A stretch of 64,000 nt of DNA from Nitrospirota bacterium (GTDB lineage Bacteria > Nitrospirota > UBA9217). The translations under genes were made by a program, and so were the position numbers. The notes beneath the pieces are model-generated. The model was not told the origin of the DNA and ran no database searches. It was given only the letters and a program-made list of their open reading frames with translations. Positions 31,749-42,525 of this stretch are shown here, one piece after another (within the stretch, counting starts at the first letter, position 1; each line of letters begins with the position of its first letter). The stretch lies in the NCBI GenBank assembly GCA_963818475.1, contig CAWFSF010000001.1, positions 64,001 to 128,000 of the forward strand, read 5' to 3'.

Positions 31749-31908
31749 TTTGGACACGGATAAACACGGATAAGAGCCGGATACTGCGAATTATTTATTC
31801 TATATGTGGTTCACCCAATAGATGAACGCTTTGCTTTAGAATTTATCCGTGTCGCTTAGAAGCGCCTACTTCTGGTAATCAGATGTTTCCGATTCTTCCG
31901 TGTCCAAA
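31749..31908. repeat. Empty GGACACGGAT-type inverted-repeat element
   Basis: TTTGGACACGGATAAACACGGATAAGAGCCGGATA ... TTTCCGATTCTTCCGTGTCCAAA, plus an extra internal ATCCGTGTC. Confidence 0.85.
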
Positions 31909-32067
31909 TGAAGTTTTTAGGATAAAGGAAGGCAGCACAAGTGACCATCCGGACAGAGCAGGACGTGAGGAGATACGGCATATTAGGGATGCAACAAAAA
32001 GCCCCGGAGTGCGGGGAAAACATCTCCGGGGCAGTGAAACGCATGGTATGACTGAGTGGAAGGCGCT

Positions 32068-33519
32068 TCAGTCCTCGTTCTCTTCAGCTTTGATCGCGGC
32101 ATACTTGTCAAAGTAGTTGCTCGGGCTCCTAAGCTTGATGATCTCCTTGGGCGTGTAGCCGAGCCGGCCGAAGTCGAGCACGCCCACCTCGCTGTGGCAC
32201 TTCTCACACGTAAGCGCACCGCGCCTTGTCACGAGATGGCTGTTCGCGAAGAAGAGCGTCTGCCACGTCGGGACCAGCTCGTAGTCCTTGATGCCGAGCT
32301 GCTTTGCAGCCGAGGCAACGCCGGCTTTCACGTCGCCGGTGGCTTTGGGATCTGCAAAGTCCATGGCCATGGGTTCGCCTGTCTTCTTATTGATAAAGAT
32401 CTTTCCGTGGTAGATCTTGAAGCTGTAGATCTTACTGGTCTTGTCGTTCCGGTCTCCGGCCGGCCCCACGTAGGTCGGGCTGTTGATCGTTTTGCCGTTG
32501 AACCAGGCGTAATCAGGCACTGTTTCCTTGGGCCCTTTTTCGAGCGTTGTCGGCTCGAACCACTGGTTCGACAGAAGCTCCCATTTGGTGAAATCCTTGG
32601 TATAGGCGCCGCCGGTATAGGGGATGTGGCAGGCGGTGCAGTAGATCCTGTCGCCATGCCGGTTGTAATCCGCGGCCAGATGCTTGTTCTTTTTATGGGG
32701 CTTCGCATCATGACAGTTCAGGCAGCTGATCCGCTCGTTGCTGTCGCTGGCCCAGTTGTTGGGGTCGAGGCCTGTCGGGATCTTGTGGTTCTTGCCCTTG
32801 TGGCAGTCCACGCAGACCATCTTGTTGGCGGCATGCACGTCCGTCTCAGGACGGTAATCAAATCCGCGCTTGATGAGCGCCCCGCCTCCGGCCTTTTCAT
32901 GGCAGGACATGCAATTCTTCACGCCGGGCTTGCCCGCGGAAAGCGCCGCTTCTTTTGAGCGGTCCTGCCCCATCACCACCCTGCCCTGTTCGTCCTTATA
33001 CGGCTTGCGCTTGCTGTAGTCGTAGGTCGATGAGTGGCAGACGAGGCAGTCGATGCTTGCCTCTGCCTCCGGACCCGTGCTTTCGGGGCCATAGATATTG
33101 TTTCCCGGGTGGCAGGTATTGCAACCGGTGAGGGTGGTCTTCTTGGTGTGTGTTCCGACCGGGGTTTCCTTGAGATGGTTCACCATGTCGTTGCCGTTGC
33201 AGAAGGAGTAGACCCGGTTGTACATTCCATATTCTTTTTTGGGGTCGGTGCCTTCGGTTACGGTGTGGGCGGGAGAGCGGTGTTTCCAGTGGACGGTGGT
33301 CAGAAATTCGGCGGCCTTGCCGGGGTGGCAAGTCTCACAGGTCCGGGGCCCGTCATAGCCGTTTTGTTCGATAAAGGCTTTTCCCGGGTGTTCGGCAGTA
33401 GCAGCGTTCGCTGCAGGGACAGCAGACGCCTTGGTGGCAGCAGGAGCGCCCCAGGCGAGAGTCATGCCCGCACAAACGAGAACGGCCGCAAAAGAAATCA
33501 AGATCAGCTTCTTCAGCAT
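32068..33519 (-). CDS. Octaheme c-type cytochrome (tetrathionate-reductase OTR-like)
   Basis: Signal peptide; eight CxxCH (CETCH, CNTCH, CLVCH, CMSCH, CVDCH, CLNCH, CTACH, CEKCH); DVH, CHIP, P.YAWFNG. Confidence 0.8.
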   Translation of the reverse strand: MLKKLILISFAAVLVCAGMTLAWGAPAATKASAVPAANAATAEHPGKAFIEQNGYDGPRTCETCHPGKAAEFLTTVHWKHRSPAHTVTEGTDPKKEYGMYNRVYSFCNGNDMVNHLKETPVGTHTKKTTLTGCNTCHPGNNIYGPESTGPEAEASIDCLVCHSSTYDYSKRKPYKDEQGRVVMGQDRSKEAALSAGKPGVKNCMSCHEKAGGGALIKRGFDYRPETDVHAANKMVCVDCHKGKNHKIPTGLDPNNWASDSNERISCLNCHDAKPHKKNKHLAADYNRHGDRIYCTACHIPYTGGAYTKDFTKWELLSNQWFEPTTLEKGPKETVPDYAWFNGKTINSPTYVGPAGDRNDKTSKIYSFKIYHGKIFINKKTGEPMAMDFADPKATGDVKAGVASAAKQLGIKDYELVPTWQTLFFANSHLVTRRGALTCEKCHSEVGVLDFGRLGYTPKEIIKLRSPSNYFDKYAAIKAEENED

Positions 33520-33555
33520 TAAAGCCTCCTCAACAACGGGTTAGAAGCAATGCAT

Positions 33556-33846
33556 CTACTCACAGCCTGCGCTCAACTTTTTCAGCTTTGTGCCGATATT
33601 CTTTCCATCCAGCACGGTGTAGGTTGCCTGACCCTTCCCGCCTTCCTTTACCTTGGAAAGCAGGTCGCCATCCTCCATGACCACGGTGACCGCCTCGCCT
33701 TCCTTCGGCTGGATGGTCACACTCTTTGTTGCTTCGTCGATCTTGGTCACCGTACCCTTTACCTTGATAGGCTCGTCGGCAAATGCGGCCATGCCGAACG
33801 AAAGCGCCACTACCATGGTAATGCATGCAACAAGAATCCTCTTCAT
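33556..33846 (-). CDS. Small secreted OB-fold-like protein ending AGCE
   Basis: RBS GGAGGTGA, signal peptide, VKGTVTKID. Confidence 0.75.
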   Translation of the reverse strand: MKRILVACITMVVALSFGMAAFADEPIKVKGTVTKIDEATKSVTIQPKEGEAVTVVMEDGDLLSKVKEGGKGQATYTVLDGKNIGTKLKKLSAGCE

Positions 33847-33909
33847 TGTTCACTCACCTCCCTTTATTGTTTAATAGTTTAGAATATATGCAACGATGTT
33901 CGTCATTGC

Positions 33910-33925
33910 TGCATCTCCTGTGCCA
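33910..33925 (-). promoter_or_regulatory. Putative sigma-54 promoter for the octaheme operon
   Basis: TGGCAC-AGGAG-ATGCA on the minus strand. Confidence 0.55.
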
Positions 33926-34151
33926 AACATTAACTCCTTGACTTTAAGCGATTCACGAAGAGAAAGGCATTCGCAGAAATGAGAATAGCGGGGGGGAAAT
34001 AGTCACAAATGCAAAGAAACATCGTTTTACCTACACCTCGTCAAAGGGGTACTGGCTGTGTTGTCCGGGTTCAGAAAGGAATGAACATAACGCAGTTTGT
34101 ATTTGCTATTTACTGCTTGACAAAAGCACATAGTACGTGTAAAAAAGTACA

Positions 34152-34484
34152 ATGAAATCGTTAGTCACCGACAAATCTTTATTCGAGATGCAGGCTGAGA
34201 TCTGCAAAACCCTCACGAATCCAAAACGAATAGAGATCCTTAACGCCCTGAAAAACGAAGAAAAAACGGTAACTGAAATTGTTGAATTGCTCGGCGCCTC
34301 AAAGGCGAACGTTTCCCAGCACCTGGCGGTCATGAGACACAAAGGCATCCTGGTGACGCGACGTGCAGGCGTCAATATCTTTTACCGCGTCAGCAATCCG
34401 AAGGTCATCGAGGCCTGCACGCTGATGAAAGAAGTACTCTTCGAGCAGCACGCATCGAGGAAAAAAACAGTAACAGGATCCTGA
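34152..34484 (+). CDS. ArsR/SmtB-family transcriptional regulator
   Basis: KTLTNPKRIEIL, ANVSQHLAVMR, RRAGVNIFYRV. Confidence 0.92.
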   Translation: MKSLVTDKSLFEMQAEICKTLTNPKRIEILNALKNEEKTVTEIVELLGASKANVSQHLAVMRHKGILVTRRAGVNIFYRVSNPKVIEACTLMKEVLFEQHASRKKTVTGS

Positions 34485-34698
34485 TGTGTCCGCCATGCGG
34501 CGCATTTTTTTTGCCCCTATAGTTGCAGTAGTTGTTAACTTATTAACCATAAGTTTAGAACCTTCGTATATTAGACAGGTAGCATGCTGTAGCAACAAAT
34601 TGAATCTATTCTAAGAGAAAGGAGCTCAATCACGCTTAGGCACTGCTTTTTTCTATGTTATGGATTCACCACATCTTAAATACTGGGAGGTAAGGGTA

Positions 34699-36072
34699 AT
34701 GAAGAAAGTATTACTGGCAGTCGCTTCAATGCTTCTTTTGACCACAGGTATGGCTTTCGCTGCGGAAGACGGCGGGCTCGAAATCGGGCTGTGATTATCG
34801 GTTCAGGTTGGATTCACTTAAAGGCACGGTGCCTGACCTACATCGACTCCGGTTTTCGCGACCCCGTCGGAACTCCTGGCGGCCTCTACTCTGGTTATGA
34901 AGTTAAGAATGAAACCGTATTCATGAACCGTTTCGGTCTGCATATGAAGGCCAACCCGGTCGAGGATGTGACCATGAAGGCCAAACTTGGATATGTACAA
35001 GGTATCCGGTCACCAGACCTCTAGCCCTGTAATGGGTCAGTTCTTCGCCGACCGGTTCGGTGCAACGAATGACGGCACGGTCGGCCACGTTCCCGAAGAC
35101 AGCATCATGCGGGTCGATTATGCTTATGCAACGATCAGCAATATCTTCAACGCACCGGTCTGGTTCTCGGTCGGCCGCAGGCCTTCCACCGGCGGCATCC
35201 CGAGCAACATCCGTCAGAACAACGAGAAGATGGGAACTGCGGGCATCCCGAGCCTCATGGTGAACTATGCCTTCGACGGCATGACCGTTGGCGTTGCTCC
35301 GGACATCGATGCTCTCCCCGGCTTCTACGCCAAGCTCTGCTACGGCCGCGGCTTTGACAGCGGCATCCAGGCCGATGGTTCTGGCGGGCCCAAGGACACT
35401 GATTTCTACGGCTTGAACTCCGCGCTATATGACACTGAGAATCTCCATGTCGAACTGCAGTATCAGATAGGCAGAAACATCTTCGATGCTCCCTCTGATG
35501 CCGGCGTGTCAACTAACCTCGGCAACATCAACTGGCTCGGTGGAGTCGTTATGGGCAAGGTGAGCAGCCTGAACCTCTTTGCCACTACGGCAGTCAGCAA
35601 GACCGACGCGAGCGGAAAGGTCACTGGAGCGCCCCCCGCCCAGGCCGGACTGCTGAACAATGGGCCTGTGAATACCGAGAATCACAGCGGCTTCGCGTTC
35701 TACGTTGGCGGCAGATATGATATCGCATCAACGGGAACAAAAGTCGGCGTCGAATACAATCATGGCTCCAAGAACTGGATCAGCATGGTCCCCGCAGAGG
35801 ATGATCTCTGGACAGGCAAGCTCGGCACCCGCGGCGATGTCTATGAAGTGTATATCATTCAGAGCCTGAACCGGAAGGCCGTTGCCAAGAAGGGTGAAGC
35901 CTTCATCCGTCTCGGCTACCAGCTCTATAATTTTGACTACACAGGCAGCAACAATTGGGTTGGGGCACCTGTTAAGATTTCTGATCTGACGGCATCTCCG
36001 TTTAACGCTCAGTACTTTGTTCCTCTTGAAAAAGCTCAGGACCTCTACCTGACCTTGGACGTTCGCTTCTAA
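34699..36072 (+). CDS. DUF3373-like outer-membrane beta-barrel protein, frameshifted
   Basis: Signal peptide, NRFGL, FSVGRRPSTGG, KLCYGRG, GVEYNHGSKNW, KLGTRG, C-terminal Phe. Confidence 0.75.
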
Positions 36073-36099
36073 GATACAGATTAAAATTTACATCATTAC

Positions 36100-36128
36100 A
36101 GGAGGGGCATATGCCCCTCCTTTTTTTC
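36100..36128 (+). terminator. Intrinsic terminator
   Basis: GGAGGGGCATATGCCCCTCC followed by TTTTTTTT. Confidence 0.8.
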
Positions 36129-36231
36129 TGTTCTTTACGCCGGCAACTGCTAAGCGCTCCTGCACACCATATTATATTGCATTCTGCAGGCCGCAGGTTT
36201 AACATATCTGCAATACAAGGGGACACTTTCC

Positions 36232-36750
36232 ATGCGTGCAACGATACTTTTTCTCTCTGCCGGCCTTATATTCTTCTTTACACCAGTGCAGATGCTCCGC
36301 GCCTCCGACGCGACCACTGCAATAGGCAGTCCTGCCCCGGCCTTCGAACTGAAAGCCCTCGACGGAAGGACCGTGAAGCTCTCCGACCTGAAGGGCAAGA
36401 TCGTTCTGCTCAATTTCTGGTCTACCCGGTGCGCCCCCTGCACTGCGGAGCTGCCCTCGCTCAACCGGCTCTATGCCTCTCTCAGGAAGAACGGCCTTGA
36501 GGTGTGCGCGGTCTCCATTGATTCATCGGACAAGCCGGTTCGCGAGCTCGTACAGGAAAAGAACCTCAACTTCACCGTCCTTTTGGACAGCGAAAAAGAA
36601 ACATACTTCGACAGTTACGCCGCACCGTCCCTTCCCATGACCTACCTCATTGATGCCGGTGGCGTGATCAGGCAGACATTCTCAGGACCTCAGGAGTGGG
36701 ATTCTTCGGCCATAAAGGAAAAGATCGTTCAGTATTTACCCAAGAGATAA
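36232..36750 (+). CDS. TlpA/ResA-family thiol-disulfide oxidoreductase
   Basis: APAFEL, LKGKIVLLNFWSTRCAPC, LPMTYLID. Confidence 0.9.
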   Translation: MRATILFLSAGLIFFFTPVQMLRASDATTAIGSPAPAFELKALDGRTVKLSDLKGKIVLLNFWSTRCAPCTAELPSLNRLYASLRKNGLEVCAVSIDSSDKPVRELVQEKNLNFTVLLDSEKETYFDSYAAPSLPMTYLIDAGGVIRQTFSGPQEWDSSAIKEKIVQYLPKR

Positions 36751-36763
36751 CAAGGAGAACAAC

Positions 36764-37111
36764 ATGAAAAAAGAATGGTTGGCCGGTTTTGCGGTTTTAC
36801 TCGCAATGACCCTCGGCGCTTGCGCTTCATCCACGTTTGTTGCGAGTAAGGATGGAAAAGGCTTTTACCTCGGAAGCAGCTCCAATGCCGCCTTCAGGAT
36901 GTTCTGCGAGTCAGGCGATCTCAAGAATATCCTCGCTGAAACACAGCTGCCATCGGAAACCAAGGACGAGCTGTTCCGTTCCAACTGCGGCCCTGAGCGT
37001 TCAAGGGAAAGGGTAAAACAGGTATATGCATCATTGATCCCTGCCCAGAGGAAAGAGCTCAGGCTGGCGTTCAAGAATAACGGCTATGACATCAACTATT
37101 TGCCATGCTGA
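36764..37111 (+). CDS. Hypothetical lipoprotein, tandem copy 1
   Basis: Lipobox LGAC; close paralog at 37327. Confidence 0.85.
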   Translation: MKKEWLAGFAVLLAMTLGACASSTFVASKDGKGFYLGSSSNAAFRMFCESGDLKNILAETQLPSETKDELFRSNCGPERSRERVKQVYASLIPAQRKELRLAFKNNGYDINYLPC

Positions 37112-37326
37112 GATAAGATCCTCTAGGCGTCCGGTCGGACACCGAAACAACAACACCCCGAAGCGGAGGGATCCTTCGGGCTCGAAAAGCTGTGCTGTTA
37201 CCAACCGCAGTACCTTCCCATGACCTGCCTCATTGATGCCGGTAGCGTGATCAGGCTGAATTTTTCAGGACCTCAGGAGTGGGATTCTTCGGCTATGAAC
37301 CCACAAAGCAGTAAGGAGAGCACACC

Positions 37327-37677
37327 ATGAACAAAGAATGGTTAGCCGGTTTTGCAGTGATGCTCGCAGTTACGCTCGGCGCCTGCGCTTCGTCCTCCAC
37401 CTTCCTGGTGAGCAAGGACGGCGCAGGCTATTATCTGGGAGACAGCTCCGATTCAGCTTACCGGATGTTCTGCGAGTCAGGCGATCTCCAGAAGATCCTT
37501 GCCGGAACACAGCTCTCCGCAGAAATAAAGGACGAGCTATTCCGTTCCAACTGTGGTCCTGAGCGTTCAAAAGAAAAGGTAAAACAGGTATACGCGTCGA
37601 TAGCCCCTGCCCAGAGGAAAGACCTCAGGCTGGCGTTCAAGAATAACGGCTATGACATCAACTATTTGACATGCTGA
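37327..37677 (+). CDS. Hypothetical lipoprotein, tandem copy 2
   Basis: Lipobox LGAC; shares MFCESGDL, RSNCGPERS, RLAFKNNGYDINYL.C. Confidence 0.85.
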   Translation: MNKEWLAGFAVMLAVTLGACASSSTFLVSKDGAGYYLGDSSDSAYRMFCESGDLQKILAGTQLSAEIKDELFRSNCGPERSKEKVKQVYASIAPAQRKDLRLAFKNNGYDINYLTC

Positions 37678-37805
37678 TAAGATCCACCAGGTGTCCGGTC
37701 GGACGCAGTGCAAAATAAACAACCCCGAAGAGGGGGGATCCTTCGGGGTTCGTAATGCAGTGCTGTTGCCAACCGCTCGCTACTGATGAATGAATGCGAT
37801 TCCGG

Positions 37806-38012
37806 TCAGGATGCTTTCATGACATTCGCCGCCTGCGGGCCTTTATCACCCTGGGTTACCTCAAACTCTACCGGCTGGCCTTCCGACAGGGTCTTGTATC
37901 CTTCACCCTGAATCGCCGAGTAGTGCACGAAGATGTCCCTTCCGCCGCCATCAGGCTCTATGAAGCCGTACCCCTTTGACTCGTTGAACCACTTCACTTT
38001 CCCGGTAGACAT
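37806..38012 (-). CDS. Cold-shock protein (CspA family)
   Basis: [24 protein letters not shown]. Confidence 0.96.
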   Translation of the reverse strand: MSTGKVKWFNESKGYGFIEPDGGGRDIFVHYSAIQGEGYKTLSEGQPVEFEVTQGDKGPQAANVMKAS

Positions 38013-38215
38013 AATGCTTACTCCTCCTTGCTGGTTTCCGCAGCCTGCAACTGCCTTCGCACGGCACTGGCAGTTCTAACGGAACACACTGTTAATACGA
38101 AGGGAAGGGCTTATTCACATCCCCCAGGCCCTTTCCCCGGCCAATCATGGAGTAGAATAAAGCTGAGCACTAACAAATGGAAAGAACAGCGAACAACGTA
38201 GCGTGACAACTCCTC

Positions 38216-39155
38216 TTAATTAAGATATTTGACAGGATTCATCGGCAAACCATTCACCTTGACTTCATAATGAAGATGCGGACCGGTGCTTGAGCCGGAA
38301 TCACCCACATAGGAGATCACATCCCCGCGCCTCACCCGCTGCCCCGCCTTGACGTTGAGCCGCGAGTTATGGGCATAGATCGTCTTTCATGCCGTAGCCA
38401 TGACTGAGCTCGACCAGGTTCCCGTATCCCGTACCGAAGCCGGCCTTGACCACCAAACCATCCGCGGTCGCCATGACCGGGGTCCCGGTCTGAGCAGCGA
38501 TATCCATGCCATCATGAAACTTCAGGATACCGCTGAAAGGCGACGTCCTGTTGCCGAAATGAGACGTCACCCATCCCCGGACTGGCCAGACGGACGGCGT
38601 GGAGGCATAGAGCGAACGTTTGTCCTCGAAATATTCGATCAGCATCTGGAGGCTGGCCTCCTGCCTGGAAGCCGCTCCCTTCAGCTGGGTCAGTTCCTGG
38701 TGCATTTCCTTCAGCGCCTCACCCTGCTTCTTCTCGCCCATTGAAGCGAGATTCTGTATCCCCAATTCGTCGGGGCCGCCGATGCCAAGCACTTGCTGGG
38801 CCCGGTCCCTGGGGCCGAGGCTCACCGCGCGGCGAAGTTTGGTATCGAGATCGCGAAGCATGAACATCTGGCGCTTGTAGTCCAGCAGATTAAGGGCAAA
38901 GTTCTGGACCTGGGCTTTCTGCTGCTTCAGCTCCTCCCGCATGGACTGAAGCTCCCAGACCTTTTCTTTGACGTCATTATATTCGTAAACCAGATAGAGG
39001 GAAGCAACGATGAGCGCGGCAAAGGAAAGAAATACTGTCTTGATAACGGATTTAGATATGCTCAGCGTCCGGACGTGAGAGTTCGGCCCGGGAAGGAACA
39101 TGAACGTAAAATACTCTTTTTTCTTAGGACTTCTTGTTTTTCTTGCCTTCATCAT
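38216..39155 (-). CDS. M23-family metallopeptidase, frameshifted
   Basis: TM + coiled coil, TPSVWPVRG, HDGMDIA, GYGN, STGPHLHYEV in the downstream frame. Confidence 0.9.
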
Positions 39156-39506
39156 ACCTCCTACAAAAGGCGCATTTCGACTCGTGGAAATTAACACAAA
39201 GTGCGCTATAAAGTCAAGCGATTCTTATTTGTTTTTTAAACATTATATTTGTTTTACAACATGTTGCATGTTTTTCCGGGTGTTTACACAACCCATTGAT
39301 CATCGAAAATAGCGTCAAAAAGACGGGAATACATATTCCGTCCCATATGGGATACGGCCTATTGGGTGACCGGAACTATCATGCAAAAAAGCAGCTGGCA
39401 ATGCTTGAACCAAGAGAGCCGAAGTATTCTGAGGGCGGATGCTGGTATTACCTGACCTTCTGTCTGCCAGATTCGTGTGTTATCTGGCAAGACGGTTTCG
39501 CTGGAC

Positions 39507-40779
39507 CTACAGATTCCCTCTCAGCTTCTCCGCCTGCAGGATCCGTTTTACCGCCAGCTCGTACGCAGCCTTTCGCATCCTGCAGCGCGATTCATGGCAG
39601 CGGCCGCTGACATCGCCAAAAGCCGTTACCATGACCTGCTTCAATTTTTCAAGCACTTTTTCTTCCGGCCAGACATCATGGCTCAGATTCTGGCTCCATT
39701 CGAAATAGCTCACCACCACGCCGCCTGCGTTGGCAAGGATGTCGGGAATGACCAGAATATCCCTGGAGAAGAGGATGTCGTCAGCCTCAGCCGTAAGCGG
39801 AGCGTTCGCGAGTTCGAGGACGATCTTTGCCTTCACGTCCCGGGCATTGTTCCCGTCGATCTGGTTCGACAGCGCTGCGGGGATCAGAATGTCGCAGTCA
39901 ATGGCAAGCAGTTCGGCATTGGAGATGGCCCTGGCGCCGGTGAATCCGACAACGCTGCCGGTCCTGGTCCGGTGATGCCGGAGTGACGAGATATCGAGGC
40001 CCTCGGGGTCCATGATGGCTCCGTTCACGTCGCTTACGGCAACGACGCGGTAGCCCCAGTGATCGAGAATGCGCGCGACATTCCCTCCCACGTTGCCGAA
40101 TCCCTGGACCGCCACGCGGGTCCCGGGAGCGTCCATGCCCCCGCTCTTTCATGGCCTGTTCGAGCACGTGGATGCCGCCCAGCGCGGTCGAATATCTGCG
40201 CGCCTTGATGCCGCCCAGCGCGGGAGGCTTTCCCGTGACCACGGCGGGCACATGCTCGCGCTTGATCCGCTCGTACTCGTCGAGGATCCAGGCCATGACC
40301 TGCTCGTCGGTATATACGTCGGGCGCAGGAATATCCTTGAACGGCCCGATGTAGTCGGCAATGGCCTGGGTGTATCCGCGCGTCACGAGCTCCAGGTCGC
40401 GCCGGGAAAGCTCCAGGGGATCGACAACGACGCCGCCTTTCGCGCCGCCGAAGGGGATGTTCACCACCGCGCACTTGAGCGCCATGAGCAGGGCGAGCTC
40501 GGCGGTATGTTCCTCATCCATATCAGGATGGAACCGGATCCCGCCCTTGGCAGGCCCGCGTGCATCGTTGTACTGCACGCGGTAGCCGGTGAATATCCGC
40601 GTCTTGCCCGTTGTCATCTTCACCGGAAAACTTACGGCAAAGGACCGCCGGGGCGCGGACAGGAGTTCGAGCTCTTCCGCAGAAAGGCCGAGATCGGCAT
40701 AGACCGCCTGCAGCTCGGTCATGCCGACGCTGCGCAGGTCTTTTTCATCGCGGTGCAAACGGTCGTGGTTGCGGTTCAT
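39507..40779 (-). CDS. gdhA: Glu/Leu/Phe/Val dehydrogenase, frameshifted
   Basis: GPAKGGIRFHP, GGAKGG, DIPAPDV, VTGKP, VQGFGNVG, PDILANAGGVVVSYFEW. Confidence 0.88.
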
Positions 40780-40793
40780 GGATACCTCAGATT

Positions 40794-40907
40794 AGGGTTC
40801 AGGGTTCAGGGTACAGGAGTACAGGATGCAGGGTACGGGCTGACTCCCGTTGAAGTGAGAACCAGGTTGTCCGATTTTCTGAACCCTGAACCCTGGCCCC
40901 TGGACCC
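40794..40907. repeat. Inverted array of 7-bp units (GGGTTCA / TGAACCC), same family as 21351
   Basis: GGGTTCAGGGTTCAGGGTACAGG ... CTGAACCCTGAACCCTGGCCCCTGGACCC. Confidence 0.85.
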
Positions 40908-40910
40908 GCC

Positions 40911-42325
40911 TCACTTCCCCAGCCCCGTTTTCCTCGCCGCCTCGGACACGGCCGCTGCCACGGATGCGGCAACGGTGCGGTCAAAGATGCTCGGGATGAT
41001 GTAGTCTTCGTGCAGATCCGCTTTTTTTATGGTATCGGCAATGGCGCGGGCCGCGGCGAGCTTCACCGCTCTCGTTCACGCCCCTGGCGCGCACGTCGAG
41101 CAGGCCCCGGAAGATGCCGGGGAACCCCAGCATGTTGTTGATCTGGTTCGGGTAGTCGGACCTGCCCGTTGCCATGACCCGCACGAGCGGCAGCGCTTCT
41201 TCAGGTGCGATCTCGGCGTCCGGGTTCGCCAGGGCAAAAACAACGGGGTCCTTTGCCATGCTGATCACATCATCGACCGTGATGACGTTCGGCGCGGACA
41301 GTCCGATGAATACGTGGGCGCCTTTCATGGCCTCCGAAATGCTCCCCTTCACCTTGCGCGGGTTCGTCATTTTTGCCAGCTCTTTTTTCGCCGGGTCCAT
41401 GCCCTGTTTTCTGCCGGCGTAGATCGTGCCGCTCCTGTCGCAGACGATGATGTCCCTGACGCCTGAGGACGAGCAGGATCTTCGCTGATGGCCGTGCCGG
41501 CCGCTCCGGCGCCCACCACCACGACCCTGAACTTTTTCAGGTCTCGTTTGAACAGCCGCGACACATTGATCAGCGCCGCCAGCACGACCACGGCTGTCCC
41601 GTGCTGGTCGTCATGGAACACGGGAATGTCGAGCAGCTTCCGGAGCCGGGTCTCGACCTCGAAGCAGCGCGGAGCGGAGATGTCCTCGAGGTTGATGCCG
41701 CCGAAGGCCGGCGCAATGGCCTTGACGACGGCAACGATCTCGTCCACGTTCTTGGTCGAGAGCACGATCGGAAAAGCGTCGATGCCGGCGAACTCCTTAA
41801 AGAGCATGGCCTTGCCTTCCATCACCGGCAGTGCCGCCTCGGGACCGATATCGCCGAGGCCCAGGACCGCTGTCCCGTCGGAAACGATGGCCACCGCGTT
41901 GCCCTTCATGGTGTAGCGGTAGGCATGTTGCTTTGTTCTGATGGATGTCCATGCAGACACGCGCCACGCCCGGGGTGTATACCTGGGAAAGGTCGTTCCG
42001 GTCGCGCACGGGCAGCTTGTTCCTGATCTCGATCTTGCCGCCCTCATGGGCCGTAAAGGTGCGGTCCATCACCCGCAGGACCTTGACGCCTGCCACGGTC
42101 CTGATGGCCTGCACGATGGCCTTTTCATGCTCCTCGTCGCGGGCGTTGGCGGTGATGTCCCTGATGATCTTGCCCTTCTCAACGCGCACGATGTCCACGG
42201 CGCCCATGTCGCCGCCCGCGCTGCTGATGGCCGTGGCGATCTTGGCGAACATGCCGATGCGGTTCTCGATCTCCACCCGGATGGTGATGCTGTAGCTCGG
42301 GCTGGTGCTGCACTGCAGGGGACAT
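40911..42325 (-). CDS. ACT-domain NAD-dependent malic enzyme, frameshifted
   Basis: YTPGVA, DGTAVLGLGDIG, VMEGKA, INLEDI, FHDDQHGTA, GAGAAG, ATGRSDYPNQINN. Confidence 0.92.
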
Positions 42326-42525
42326 TGGGCGCCTCCTTTTCAATAGTATATCGCAATTACTGAAAGCAACGAAACCGGCATTTTCTGGGCACGATAAGCA
42401 CAGATTAAGCCTTGCTGTTTTTAAAAATCAGAATGCAAATTGAACGTGAAGTATGTATAATTGAAACATCGTTGCCCGCACACCATCATATGTCGCACAC
42501 GATAAGAGGACTGGAGCTAAAAACT

